Shown: in pieces, positions 26,980-41,509 of the stretch
Position numbering within the stretch: the first letter of the stretch is position 1
Layout: each line of letters begins with the position of its first letter
DNA from: Epiperipatus broadwayi
Lineage: Eukaryota; Animalia; Onychophora
Direction: 5' to 3'
Assembly: GCA_028023455.1 (NCBI GenBank)
Contig: JAQFVV010000001.1
Span: 33,232,001 to 33,296,000, forward strand
DNA: 64,000 bases
Made by a program: the position numbers and the translations under genes
Notes under the pieces: model-generated
Told to the model about the DNA's origin: nothing
Databases searched by the model: none
Seen by the model: only the letters and a program-made list of their open reading frames with translations

Positions 26980-27021
26980 TTAACTGATGATTGCTGCTTC
27001 AGTATGAAATGTGCATCTTGA
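26980..27021 (+). ncRNA. Minimal type I hammerhead ribozyme motif with intact catalytic core
   Basis: ttaa CTGATGA ttgctg ctt cagtat GAAA tgtgca TC ttga. Stems I, II and III can all form (T-T mismatch at the base of stem II). Predicted cleavage 3' of C27017. Confidence 0.8.
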
Positions 27022-28189
27022 GGCTTATACATCTTTTTCATGTCTTTAATTATAGGTTTATGATCACCTTCCTCCACAAGGTGTTAAAAGTGGATAGAAA
27101 CTAGTCTCTATCTTGTGTGAGGATGATGTAATGGAAATTACACTACAAAAATATCATTCATTAAGTGGATAATTCTAATGAATGACTACTAAAAATTATT
27201 TTAATAGATAAATTTTAAAAACCTTAAAGAATGAAAATGCCTTTTATCCTTTTCGCTGGCTGGCGAAGCAGCCATATTGAATATTTAAAAAAATTATGTT
27301 AAACCATAAATTTTATAATAACTTAAGTTTGTATTATTCAAAAATCACATAATATATATTGTTTGAAACATAAAACATCAAAGAATGCAATGAAGCTGAA
27401 GAAATATAGCCATTGATATTCAAAGTAAGAAAAAAAAATTTCTAAAAATTATTTTCATATTATTTCATAATTTCTAAATTTTCATGGTTAGATTTTAATA
27501 CTATACATTTGTTAATACTTAATTGCATTCCTCATTAAATTTCTAATAAATTGATGTATAATATGACTTACCTAAGGTAATTCATCACTTCAAGGAATAA
27601 AGATATAGCCTTTCTTTTTCCATACAGTAGTTTGCAGCGAATATGTCATCCCTGATAACAAGTAGTTAATATTGATCAATAATTAGTATAATTTGAATAT
27701 TATAATAAAGAACTTCAATAAAGTTTGTAATTTATTAAAAAATTAGTCATTAATTTTTATATTAGAGAAAAATAGAAGGGGAAAAAAACATTTTTTATTG
27801 TAAATAAATTTTTTTTTAATATGGTAATCACCACTAAAAAATTATATACAAAATAAAATAATAAAACAAAATAATAAAAACAACTTATATATAAACTAAA
27901 AAATTATACATAAAATTACTTAAAAAAGCAAACGAAGATAAAATTATATATATAAAATTAGTGGTGTAAAAAGTAACCAAAATAATACAATTATAAAATG
28001 GGATTAAAGTGCTAATTCAGATTCTATACTTGGTGCAGTTAAACAAAAGAAAAAATGGTTTAGAGTCAGTGCTATGTAGTATATTAATAATAATGCTCTT
28101 TATTATTTATCCTACCTGTCAACTTATGGCAAACATGTCATCTTGTTAGATAGAATTTACATAGAATATAAATTCAAGTGATTATTATA

Positions 28190-30057
28190 AAATGATAGCT
28201 TACAATTAAAATACTATGGTAACCAAATGCAAATACAACTTACCGATTAGAACTCTATGATCATCTACATGGGGCGATCTTGACTGAGCTGGCATGCTAA
28301 TTGACACTCCTGCAGAAGTTAAGTGTTGTGGTGTCTAAGATGTGTCACCTATCACACTTTCACTGTGATAAATAGCAAAACAGTTGTTTAGAGCACTTTG
28401 GCAGAGTGTGACAGGTCCACACTCCACGTAGCCAAAAAAACTTTCATGCCTTAGTTTCTTTTTTAGGCAGGCAATACAATTCTTTCTTTTAGGTATATTG
28501 TGTTTGTGAAGGTCAACTAGGCTATGTTTTCTGTTGGAACGAAGAGCCAGGTGTGGTATAACATGATACGCTGTATGATTACTTACTCTTGAAAAAAACC
28601 CATCAATTAGACTATCTAATAAGGCTCTCCGAAAAATTAAAAGCTTTTCAACTTTTGTTTTAGAGTCATATATTTTGTGTACAGAATATGTGCATTTGTA
28701 ACAGCTGTATCAAAGCAGCGCTAAAAAGGATGCATTTGCCATTGGCTAGACTTTCTCTTCCAACCATACTAAAGTAGTTTCCTATTGGCCAAGTCTACTC
28801 CACCTGAGTTGTACATTTCTATTGCAGGTGGACATGGATATGAATGAAGGATCCTGTCTTTGTGTTTTTTTGTAACAGCATCATTTCCAGAAGGTGAATA
28901 AGCATTGTTGAACATTATAATTGGCTTCTTATCCATCCAAATTAAAAATTGAAGACCACTATCTTGATCAATTATAAAATGTGAGTCTCCCCTGTTCATT
29001 TTTTTTTTATTATAACTTTTATTCATTTCTTTGATGCTGTCTGGGATACCTCTTCTATTTGCTTTTAGGGTGTCACAACAGTAGATTTAATTTGTAGACA
29101 GTTCTTTTGCTAACTGTATGCTTGTAAAATATATATCATAAAAAATAATATGAGATGCTGTTTGATAGATATGGCAAAACTACTGACAGCCCGAATACCC
29201 AAACATTGGTCAGCATCTGCAGTTGTACTTTTGCCTGTATACAATTCCATATGGGACACATATCCATTATGGTTATCTGCACACATCCACCATATGAACT
29301 GTCGCTTTATAGGTTTTGATGACTCATTGTTTCATGCTATTATGACCAGTAAATTTGGTAATAGCTTCATCAACTGCTACCTCTATGCATTTGATATGCA
29401 GCTTTAAAATTTACATTGCAGTAGTCTATAATCGGCTTAAGTTATATATATTCTGTCAAAATCTTTATTTTTAGCATTTGGCATTTTTTTATTATTGTTA
29501 AAATATAGAAGACAATATTGAATAAAATTTAAATTGGGTCATAATATTTGCAAAATATGGTTGTCTTATTCTCAGATCAGAACTAGACATATGGAGGAAA
29601 TGCCCACTATCATGCCAAAAAATGCAAATAATTCGTGATATGACAAATTTACCCAATTGCGAGCGTTTTTTGTTCAGTGTATGTATTTGTTTCAATAATA
29701 ATTTTTTCAAATATTTTTTTATCAAATAATAATTGAAAAAAGTCTAAAATTGTATACTCACTCATGGTGGAAAACTTGAGTCCAGGAGACTCAGTAAAAT
29801 TTGACGTTCCGATAACGTTAATAGGCAACTCGTTCAGATCTGGTTGGGAAATGGGCCTGGAGTAGGCAGAGCTGTGGCACTTGTAGTCACATATCTTTTT
29901 TTTTTTTTTGTACCACATCTGATTCTAATTTACTGGCAGACAATTCGTCAAATGAGCTGCATGAGGCATCAGAGTTCCAAGGCTCACTGACTGGAAAATT
30001 GCTAGCATTACTGGAATCGGCAATATTTTGCATTTTTTCCCCTTTTTAATTTCACGG
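28190..30057 (-). mobile_element. piggyBac-like DNA transposon (decayed transposase)
   Basis: FTESPG...LDFFQLLFD...IIIETNTY; VAVDEAITKFTG...KPIKR...GYV...YTG; IWMDKK...CPPAIEMYNSGGVDLAN; C-terminal RKNCIAC...CGPVTLC...CFAIYH; TTAA at 30058-30061. The other terminus was not identified. Confidence 0.9.
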
Positions 30058-32214
30058 TTAACAGAGTTCCATTAAAAATGAAAAAACTGTGAGAAAGACA
30101 AAAAACTTAAAGCAATTATCAATTTTTGTGATAGAAAAATAGAACTTATGTTTTCTGAAAGTAGAAAAAAAGATGGATCCAAAGATGTTAAAAGTACATG
30201 TGCAGTCCACATAGTTTTCCCACAATTTTAAACTGAAAACAGATATTGCAAATTTGAAAATTCGAGATCGCAATGTGTGATAGTAACTACGAACAGGTTA
30301 TATTTCGTTTTTCCCGCTATACTCAGCATTTAAATGATGTGTGAGTAATGTCATTTCTATTCTAACAAAGAAAATAAATATTTTATTATGTAGTAATTTG
30401 TTTGAAAGTGTTTATTAAATATAACTTGCTAAATTGTAATTTGAAAATCAGAAATATGCATTTTTACTTGTTTGTATATATATATATTGTAACAAATATA
30501 CATTTGAACATGTCCACAAATACATTTATGAGAAGTTATATTTAGAGATTGCTGAATAATATTTTTTTTTTTTGTTCTAAAAATTATGGTAATACAATAA
30601 TTTTATGTTCTAAATTGCAATTTCAAAATAATTAATATGAGTCATTATAAATTTTCATATCTTGGAAATATTAGAATATTTTTTTAAAATTATGATTTGT
30701 TTGATATTCAACTATTAAACAATTCTGAAACACTAATTGTAGAGAAATATATAAAAGTAATTTAAATAACAATTCATCAAAAAAAAAAAATATTCTAGAT
30801 TAGGAAATATGGCTATAAACATTAAAATAATTAAATAATAAATATAATGATGTATCATCAACTGCTTGTGTAATTTGTTACTATTTTGGTTCCAATTTCA
30901 ACAAGGACAAAAAAAAAAAATCAAAATATTTTTAATTAATTGTTTTAATAATTTCACTGTTTCAGTTATCTTAATGAATTTTTATACATTTGATGGAAGA
31001 TATAGTTTTTACAATAGCTTTAATTTTCTTGATGCAAAGGTAAAATATTATATGCTACCACAAAATTAAATACCGTATAACAAAAACACAATAAAGCTAG
31101 AAAATACATTAATTTATATAAAAATACAAAAATAAATTAAATCATTTTTAAAGTTTATATTTTCATATTTATTCATAAATTGTTTTTATAGATAAGTTTT
31201 GAAATTGGTCTTATAGTCATATTTTGATGAAATTATGATTTAAATTAAAATGTGCATAATAGATAGGACCCATGATGTCAAAAAGCAGTAAATGAAAAAT
31301 TTTTGTATACTTCATTTTTGTCACTATACTCAAATGTTTCCAAGTGATACAAAATAAATATAATTCATGAAGTTAAACACCAGAAATTGAAAAATACTTA
31401 AATGTAACTTTGATTAATCAAAATTTGAAAGTGTATGGATATATCATTATTTGTTCACATTGTACATGCTCACCTACCTGCATGTACCACATACACACAA
31501 GCAGTTACTTGCAAACCTCAATTAACTAGTCATTTTTTTTTTTTGATGATCATGATAATACTTCATCTTACAAAAAATTGTTGCAAAATGGTAGTAGCCT
31601 TTATATATTTTCAGGTATTTACTATAAAAAATTAATAAAAAATGATTAATAATTATACAAGAATTTATTGAGATCTGCTTTTCCTATGTCTTTAGCTATA
31701 TGTTTGAATTACAGATAGCACATTGATTATAAAATTAGAAATCTGACATAGTGTTGCATGAATAAAAAAAGTTGAAAAGTTAAAAAGATAAATTGGTCAG
31801 TGCCTATGTAAAAATAAAAGTGGTATTCATGTATTTCTGCTGAATTAAAGTCAAAATTAGAAATGATATGAAATGTAATAATTTTGAATATAATATTTTT
31901 TAGGTAAGTTATGTGAAATGTAATAATTTTTAATATAATTGATATTGTTATGAATAGATGCATACTAAGATATGTCTATAAATTTGTATAAAAAATATTT
32001 ATATAACATTTGGGGGGTTATGTAGGCATGGTTTACTTGCTGAAGCCTGGTTAGGCTGAAATATTTTATAGGAAATAATAGTATCATTTTTTAAGAATAT
32101 GTTTGAAGTATAGAGAATATATGTTAGTTGAAATTTTAATCTTATTGTGAAATAAGTATATAGAAAAATTATATTTATAGTAATATATGATTCAGTAATT
32201 GATATTTAAATAAT

Positions 32215-34790
32215 TCCATTCATCATCATCATTTTCAAATGTTATCAGTCCCGCTCTCAAGTTTAATCCTGTTTCTCTGATCCATAATCTCTTCTTCACA
32301 TCATAGTAGCAAACTTCCTTATTTTATCCATGTATTTTTTACAATCTCTTGGAATCCAATTTGATACTTTAACTCTATTATTCTAGCAATCTGTCCAGCC
32401 CAGCTCCATTTCAACTTTTAAAATGATGTTATTGATATTTGCTGATTATCTGAACCATTTATTTATTTTTTGATTTCTTATTGTTTCTCTTAATATACAT
32501 CTTTTTGTATTATGTTGAGTGCTCTGAAGTATCGTATTGATTGCTATTTTATTAAGTGTTCAAAATTCGGATCCATAAAGTAACAAATGGTTAAAACACA
32601 TCTATTAAATATTTTACTTTTCAAACTCATAGATATTTCTTTTTAATATTAATTTCTATTAAAAGCATTCAATCCAAGTTTAATTTTGTGATTAATTTCA
32701 TCTATTATTTGCCCATCTGTAGATTGTAAAAGACCCAGAGAGAGACCACATGTGAGATAGATGGATGAAATAAGAAAGTGTGCAGGGGTGATGTGGAGAA
32801 GAGAAGCCAAAGATTGGAGAAGATGGTTTGAACTTGAGTCTTTCATCCTGCAGTGGATTGATAATGGTTGATGATGAATGTGACCAAGACATTTGTAGTT
32901 GTTAATTTCTAATTCATGATTATCAATCTTTTTATTCTGAGGAAATTCATTGCACATTATTTTAATCTTTTTAGCATTTATCTTGAATCATGCTTTCTAG
33001 GTTTCATCTGATAACTTGCAGTAAGTTCTGAAACATTATTTGCAAAAACATCATCTGTAAAATCTAGATTACTTAAGTAATTTTCATTTACTCCCTAATT
33101 TCCTATTTTAATCCCCAAAATATTTCTTGTAAAACTGCTGCAAAAGGTTTTGGAAATATGCAATCCTCCTGTCATATACTCATTTAATCTAATCACTTGT
33201 GTTTTGATAAAAATTCTTCAAAACATGGCAATGTCTCTAATTTCTATCTTGATGATCCGACACTTTAATCACAGTAGAAATATTTATAGAATTAAATGCT
33301 TTTTCAAAATCTACAAATTCAGAGTGTAATGGTATTTTATTTTCATTCTCTCAATACTTGGATATGATCCATAATGCTTAAACCACTTTTAAATCTATCT
33401 GTTCTTTTGATTGATAAAAATCCAAAGTTTGTTATAGATGATTTGTAATCATCTTGATAACTGATGAATCTATAATTTCTATTATCTTTTTGTCAATTTT
33501 CTTAATTATTTAATATTCCATTTGCATTATTCCAATTATCTAAGTAAGTCTGGATCATTTAACCATTTGGTATATAGGTTTGCCAAACAATTTTTTTATT
33601 TTTTCACTTCTTTTAAAATATCGATAATAATTAAATTATTTCTCGGAACTTTTTTCTTCATAGATTTAATTGCATATCTCACTTCATTTAAAATACTTAG
33701 TAACTTATAGAATATTTATTAATTGTAGAGGATTTTTTTTTGTGTGTTCTTTATTATTATATAATTGTTTATAAACCTCTTCCACACATTTTCTGATATT
33801 TCTGTTTTTGTGAATACTTCTAATTTTTTATTATTATTGCTAAAACACGTTATTGTTTATAATTTTATTCTTTTTATATAGGTTTTATACTTTTATTCTC
33901 TTTTACAGCTTTCCTAATCAATTTACTGTATATTTTTTTTAGAGCATTATTAAATTTTTTCATACCATTTTACTTAACTAGGTACTCTATTCTTCTTAGT
34001 GGATCATTTTTCAAAAATTTTCTTTTTCTTCTCATACATTGTCTTGTCTCAGAAGAAATTTTTCTTGTAAAATATAATTTTCTTGTGGCTTTTAATAAAG
34101 TATTAAGTTATCTTCTTATTGATTTCACTTTCAAAGTTTTTCAATATTTTGAAACAATTTGTTGTATATTCTAATTTAAATTCATCAGAATGTTTTGAAA
34201 ATTAGGAATATCAACTATTAATATTTTCTTTCTTATCAATTTTTATCTCTAGTTTTGCATTAACATATATCTTATATCTCATTAATTGGTGATCATTTTC
34301 TATATTAAAAACATTGCAATCTTGAAATACATATCGTCATTTGGGTGCTTCCATATCCATTTCCATTTAATATTTTACCTAATATAATTAGAAGGTATTT
34401 GAAAATAACTCATAATATACAGTTTTTCTATTTCTGCAAACTCCACAAATCTGTGTCCTCTCTCATTTCTGTCACCAATTATCAAATTTACATTTACCAA
34501 TTATAACATTAAAGTCTTCCATGACAATTTGTAAACATTATTTGATGTGAAGCATTTTGTGCATCTACATAAAAAATCTATTTCTTCTTAAAGATGTTGA
34601 CATAAACCTGAATTATCAGCATTTGTATCTTTTGATTTGAATAACTAATTTTGCCATTCTGTCTAATATATCATCAATCCTTACAGATTGGGACTTCTAT
34701 TTTTTATTTATAATGAATCTCATTCCATTTGTCCTTCCAATATTTGTGCCTTAGTAGTAATTTTACTAATTGTAAAATTGGAGGAATTTT
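32215..34790 (-). mobile_element. RTE-clade LINE copy B (old; APE and RT remnants)
   Basis: APE EDFNV.IG and KWIWKHPNDD; collinear with the RT of 40181-41158; (TGA)n-type tail at about 32220. Confidence 0.85.
32721..32880 (+). mobile_element. 160-bp 3' end of RTE family A inserted antisense into RTE copy B
   Basis: Near-identical to the reverse complement of 39675-39835; ends in gatgatga. Confidence 0.9.
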
Positions 34791-36989
34791 TTTAAAAGAA
34801 CTATCATTTTTGGAAAGTTTATTAAATAAATAATGATTAAAATGACATGAGTTGTATGTTTTGTATTATTTTTTCACCAATTTGAAAAAAAAAAGACAAA
34901 TGATGATCACACTGAAGTTTAATAAACAGGTGTGCTAATAAAAACAGTTGAGTAGCAAAGCAAAATGTCAATGTATTTGGATTTTTATAATAGTCTTTTT
35001 GCATATAATGTAAGATTATTTATAAATTAAAAATTTCATTTAAATTGTTAAAATGTTTTTCAAATAATAGCCATTGATGTTTTAAAACTACTTTCATATT
35101 GTGAGTGTGACAAATTATTTGTATGTAGAATCAAATAGATATAGCTTTGGGTGGGTTAGGGGGTGGGGGATTTAATTAAAATAGACAAATCTATTTACTA
35201 ATTTCAAATAGTATTTTAAAAGTAAATAGAACTAGTGGAATAAGTTGCTAAATAATAAACAATTGAGTTATCTTCTCATTAAAAACATTTTTTTTTGCAG
35301 GACATTTCTAGATTACCTCTAATCTACATTAGACCAATGTAATTTCATTTTTTCTATTCTAGAGCCAATTCTATATAAACATTAATAATGAAATGGCCAT
35401 TAGTGTTAGTACAGTTAGTTTTTACTACCAATTTCAATCTATGTGGTTTCTTATAGAAAGCAGATTTTCATCATATTTATTCTTAATAGTTATTTTTAAT
35501 CTTTTGGCTATTCAAACTAATGAAATTTTAAAACTTTTGAATTTCAGACAACTTTCTTATATATCGATGTAGTTCTAACAGTAGATTAACAATGATAGTT
35601 CTCATCATGATTACTTTTTGAAGATTGAACAGATCCAAATTATCACAGGAATAATGTTAATGCTTACTTGGGATTCCAGCATAAAACACTGCATATATAT
35701 GTATGCTAAATTTTACATATTGTTAAAGCTGTACTCATACGATTATGGTCTTTGCAAAAGGTTTGAAAGACAAAGAACAAAAAAGTTAGTAAAGATAAGT
35801 TTGGTAATAGTCGTTACAAAACAGTCTGTGAAAGTCATATACCTGCTGCGGTTTTTATTCTTATTATTTCTTCCTCAGCAAACTTTTTTTTCTAAAATAT
35901 TTAAACAGTTTCTAATACAACTATTCATTCTTTTTTATCCTAAGCCATATCCTTACAGTGGAAGCAGTTAAAATTTTACTTTTTTTTTAAGTGTAAAATG
36001 AAGCCATGAACTATGCTGTATCAATATACATAACTTCAATTATATGTTATTCAATAAAAAAAAACAATAAAAATGTAAATAAACAAACAAAAGTCATTAG
36101 AATTTATCATTTAATTCATTTTATGATAAGTGAAATGCTGTTTTTCTATTTCTAAACACCTATGTGATCATATTTAAGGTAAGTAATTAAAATTCGTAAA
36201 AAATTTTTATAATGCACCAACAGCTATTTTTATGTCTTGGAACACAAGTATATACACAGTCATGATTATTAAAAAAATTTTATGTTGAAAGCACATAGTC
36301 TTTATTCTTTCTTTATTATCCTTTCTGAATTTGATATGTAGAATTCTGTACAATAAAATATTTTCTAAGCATAATGCTAAAAGTTTTACAGAAAAGTTAT
36401 TGGGGGGAAAATATATTGCTCTATTAGAGTGTATTTAATTGCAACAAAAATCAGACATTTCTGTATTTATTTTAAAAATAAAAATATGATATAGTAAGTT
36501 TTTTTCTTATTTTTTTCAGAAAATGAATCGGCAAACACGTATTCAATGATATATATGTAAATGTTTGTCCATGTCCCATCAATTTATTATTATTATTTAT
36601 ATTATTTTTTTAAGATTTTGTTTATACTATAATCTTAATATATATATGCACACTATATATATATAAAAATTGTCTGCTTTATATATAACTATGTGCTGTA
36701 AAATATTGTATACTTGCAGTTCAGTAAACAATACATATTCTATTCTAATCCTAGTTTATTAGCAAAACGTGAGCTATTAGATGTGATGTACGATGTATGC
36801 AAGGGAGGATTAGAACAAAATATAGGCATATTTTGGCTCCACTGCATTCTTAATATAATTTTTATAATGTAAATATATAATCTGTTTTTTCCATGAAAAC
36901 CATATTCACATTTTATCTTAATTTTTTTTTTTCAGAAAAATTTATTGATATATATATTAGCTTCACATACTTAGATTTGTCATCATGTT

Positions 36990-37620
36990 AAGCAAACTGC
37001 AAAAAAAAAGAAGAGATAATAATGCTCTTGCCATCATATTTTCAGAGTATGATGAAGCATTCTTTGATGAAATTTTTCCTATATCTTTATGTTATGCCTT
37101 TCATAAATAAATTTTATAACTATTTTCAACTAAATTGTTTTTGTAGTTATAACTCCATCTTAATTTGCTAAACGCAGAACAACAAATTGGGATCTGAGTG
37201 TATTTAAGTATGCTAAATCCATTTTTCAACCTAAAATATGAATCTGGTAACAATTCAAGCTAAAAGTTGTTGAAGATTTATCTGTGGCTGATAAACTATC
37301 TGAGTTTATTGAGCATTAATTTCCAAAACAAATTTTTTATAGATTGCCTTAAAAAATATTCGGTAGCTCATCATTTGCATAGGCAAGAATAATGCAACCA
37401 TCAGCATACTATAAATCTAAATGTCAGAATATGAAATTATTTTTTGTATATAATTGCTTCGTATTGCAAAATTTTGTATTTTATTATCTGCTTCATGAAA
37501 CTACTTATAAACTGTTGGAAAGATCATCATCTTAAAAATGGAAAAAGTTGGAGCAAATACACATTCTTGTTTAAGATCAGTTTTTTCTTCACTAATAATA
37601 TTTTCATTTATATCATTTTG
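36990..37620 (+). mobile_element. Possible decayed DNA-transposon (MULE-like) coding remnant
   Basis: ALAIIFSEYDEAFFDEIFPISLCYAFH loosely resembles the MULE D...FP...C.FH segment. Weak. Confidence 0.25.
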
Positions 37621-38599
37621 TGGAAGTTATATAATGTGAATTGAAAGAAGCAATATATAAATCAAACCTATGCTCATGAAAATTTTTGTGTTTTTACCTA
37701 ACAACAAAAATATGCTTATGTAATGCTTTTTTGATTCTCTAAAACTATAATGAGTCTGATAGTTACCTATGAGTGGAGCAACTTATTTAAAAGTTCTTTT
37801 ATTTGTAGTAAATAACATTGATATTCCATGATAATTACCATATCCCTCCCCAATTGCTTGAAGCCAATATATAATATTTTAAAACGTCTTCAGTGGTCAC
37901 ATTAAGTTTATAATCCTTTTCACTTTTGTAATTTTAAAGAAGTGTTTTACCTTCATTGAGCAGGGCATATTTGTATGAATATAAATAGACCAGAAGATTT
38001 AATACATCATCAAAAACAGGTGTTTAAATTCTATTCACAAGATCTTCCAAAATAGCCTTTCAATCTAACTTAAATGTCATTGGTATCATGTAAGAGTTCA
38101 CAATTTAAATGATTATATTGAGTTTCAGGTCCAATTGTTTCTCTTGATCAAAAGAAAAAAAAAAGGGTAAATTTGCAATGATCAGCAATTGACAATTTAG
38201 TGTTTAACAACTATTGATAGTTAGCAGTAATCACTCCTATAGAAAAAACACAATCTTTTAACCAATAGTTTTAAAATAGGACTTCTCCCTTAATGCAAAT
38301 ATTTTAACTTTGAAGAGTCTTATCTTTTGTCCAGTAATCTGCTTATATAATTTTAATTTTTTTTTACATTATGATTCTTAATTATAATATCTATTAAATA
38401 CATTATGTTTTGGGCTTGGATGCATTTGTTATTTATAGTGATTTTCCTGTTTATATAAACTGTTCATTGTAGTCAATCAGTATATTTCATAAGAATTTAA
38501 TTATAGACTGTTCATGTTTGGAAAGCCAATATTACTTTCACTAACTTTTAATCAGTTTATAAAATTAAAATTTGATTTTACGATGGTTAATTGTGCATT

Positions 38600-39220
38600 A
38601 ATATTATTTAATAATTAATAGATACCCACTTTTCTGGATCTAACATTAGAGTAAGAGGACAGGAAAAGTGGGCATATGTATCACTGTGTAAATTAATTTT
38701 AATATCCATTGATACATTGCAGCAAATTTAAGATTGTCATCTCTTTTCAAAAAAAATCTATCAATTAAACTTTATGAAAATGAATTTTTTAAGAACAACT
38801 ATATCAACTTGTATCTTCACAGCATCTTAGCTACAAGGATTAGCTTATGTTCATGTTTCTGGTCTTCATCAAACAAAATTATAATATTTCATGTATGATA
38901 TTTAAAACCATCTGTTTTTTCATCATTACCATTTCTGATATTATAACTTATAGCAGCTTAATTGAGCAATCTCATATGGTGACCCAGCCAGATTTTACGA
39001 CATACTATTTTTAGACTATCTTTTCTAGGTATTTTTACATTTGTAGAAGACGGGAATTCCCAATAACATTTGAAAAACAACTGAATAAAGTTTTTCCAAA
39101 ATCCACTTTCAAAGTAACTTATTGCATATTGTGTCTAATGCAATATTATATTAAGAACTACCAGTCTGCTAAACATGTTTCCATTATTGCTTTCTCATTG
39201 CTAAAAAGTTAACATATTTA
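38600..39220 (-). mobile_element. Possible P-element/THAP9-like transposase remnant
   Basis: KSGWVTI...IKLL and DGFKY resemble the P-element GW..TI...LW and GFKYL segments. Weak. Confidence 0.25.
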
Positions 39221-39659
39221 TATATTCATATATATTTGGATAACAAAAAATGAGAAAATATTAGTAACAGTAGTTGAATATGTAATTAAATAATGAAAGT
39301 GTGATTGCTTAAATACAAATCATTGGCCATAGTCTTTGCAGGGAAATCTTTGGCCATAGTTATTGCAGGGAGTTGGCCAATAGCATAAGAATAACATTAC
39401 TAAAGTTAAAAAAGAAAAAGTATTGGAGAATTGATAGGGCACAGAACAAAAATACTATACTGGAAACAATGTCTGACATTGATGAACTAATATTATGTCA
39501 ATGTTACTCATGATAAAAAGACCTTTAATTTATGTGGACCAACAGAATTCAAAACAAAACACGGAGAACAAATAATAGATAATTTGCTACGGAAAATTCT
39601 GTATTGGAAACTATTCTAGCCTTTGATGACCATTATCTTGACTTTTACATGGCATCATG

Positions 39660-41165
39660 ATTTACTTTTAGTCAATCATCATCAACCATTATCAATTCCA
39701 CTGCAGGATGAAGGTCTCTCCAAGTTTAATCCATCTTCTCCGATCTTTAGCTTCTCTTCTCCACAACATCCCTGCACATTTTCTTATTTCATCCATCCAT
39801 CTCACATGTGGTCTCTTTCTGGGTCTTTTACAATCTCTTGGAATCCAGTTTAAAATTTCAATTGTCCATCTATTATCATCTCTTCTAGCAATATATCCAG
39901 CCCAACTCCATTTCAATCTTTTAATTTTTTCAATAAGGTCAGTAACACCTGTTTGTTGTCTCACCCATACATTGCGTTTTCGATCTCTTCTTGTTACTCC
40001 CAACATACATCTCTCCATACTCCTTTGAGTGGTCTGAAGTCTCTGTATTGCTCTTCTATTAAGTGTCCAAGTCTCAGATCCATAAGTAAGAACTGGTAAA
40101 ACACATTTGTTAAAAACCATCCTTTTCAAACACATAGGCATATTTCCTTTTAGTATCAAGTTATTTCTACCAAAAGCACTTCAACCAAGTTTAATTCTAT
40201 GATTAATTTCCTCCATTATGTTTCCATCTGTATTAATAATCTGACCAAGGTATTTGTAACTGTTAACTTCTTCTAATTCTTCATAATCAATCTTTATTTT
40301 CATATTTTGAGCAAATCGATTAAACATTACTTTAGTCTTTTTAACATTTATCTTTAGTCCTACTTTTCTACTTTCATCTGCTAACTCCTGAAACATTTCC
40401 TGCAGCTCTGAAGCATTATTTGCAAAAACAACTACATCATCTGCGAAATCTAAATGACTTAAATACTCTCCATTTACTTTCACTCCTTTAGTTTCCCATT
40501 TTAATCCACAAAATACTTCTTGCAGAACTGTTGTAAAGAGTTTTGGAGATATGGAGTCACCTTGTCTTACACCTTTCTCAATGTTGATTTTTCCAGTATC
40601 ATTATGTAATCTAATTGTTGCTGTTGCATTTTTATAAATCTTCTTTAAAATATGACAATATCCTGGATCTATACCTTGATGATGCAATGATTTAATCACT
40701 GAAGAAATGTGTATAGAATAGAATGCCTTTTCATAATCTACAAATCCAAAACATAATGACAACTCATATTCGTTTGTCCTTTCTATGACTTCTCTCAATA
40801 CCTGGATATGATCTATTGTACTAAAACCACTTTTAAATCCAGCTTGTTCTCTTGGTTGGTGGAAATCCAAAGTTGTCTGTAGACGAGTTGTAATTACCTT
40901 GGTAAAAATTTTATATAAAACTGATAAACGGCTGATAGGTCTGTAATTTCTAATATCTTCTTTATCACCTTTTTTAAATATTAATATTATTACTGCATTT
41001 TTCCAATCTCTCGGTACATCTTTATCATTTAGACATTTGGTATATAACTTTGCTAAAATTGTTTCTAATTCTTCACCTGCTTCTTTTAATATATCAATTA
41101 TAATTCCATCATTTCCTGGAGCCTTTTCTTTCTTCATACACTTAATTGCATGTCTCACTCAATCA
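39660..41165 (-). mobile_element. RTE-clade LINE copy A, 5'-truncated, RT largely intact
   Basis: ORF 40181-41158: KAPGNDG, NYRPIS, EQAGF, FVDYEKAF, KGVRQGDSISPKLF, FADD, YKYLG. It continues after a frameshift in ORF 39692-40159 (LPVLTYGSETW, KWSWAGYIARR). Short tail with TGATGA. Confidence 0.95.
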
Positions 41166-41509
41166 TAGCTGAATGTTATTCCATCATTTGCTACCTGATG
41201 CTTTTGTCTATAGACTGAGTCTATCACTTGACATAATTGTTAAGAAGCAATTGTTTTATTTTGAAAAAAGTTTATATATAATTAATTGCAATATTGTTGA
41301 AATAAAAAAAGTCTGGAAAAACTTAATCTTAAAAGCATTTACAGTGATGTTTGAATAATTTACTTAGCCTTCTCTCGTAGCTGGCTAGGTGCAAAGTTAT
41401 TTTTTGTGCAGTCAGTTTAGGAAGAAAATAAATAACAACAACAATAATAAATTAATTCATTTCAATTTATTAGTAAACAACAGCTTATAAAGCCAAAAGA
41501 ACTTGTCTT

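Larger units (their letters stand above)
26590..27155. mobile_element. Short Penelope-like element: 3' end on + strand with an inverted upstream pseudo-LTR (arms about 205 bp)
   Basis: Arms 26590-26795 and about 26945-27155 are inverted homologues (about 75-80% by eye), each with a hammerhead motif. The spacer holds an HNFD peptide like the Penelope GIY-YIG C-terminus. Confidence 0.7.

Noticed and set aside
39708-40028. 106-aa + strand ORF
   Set aside because: It is an antisense shadow of the RTE ORF.
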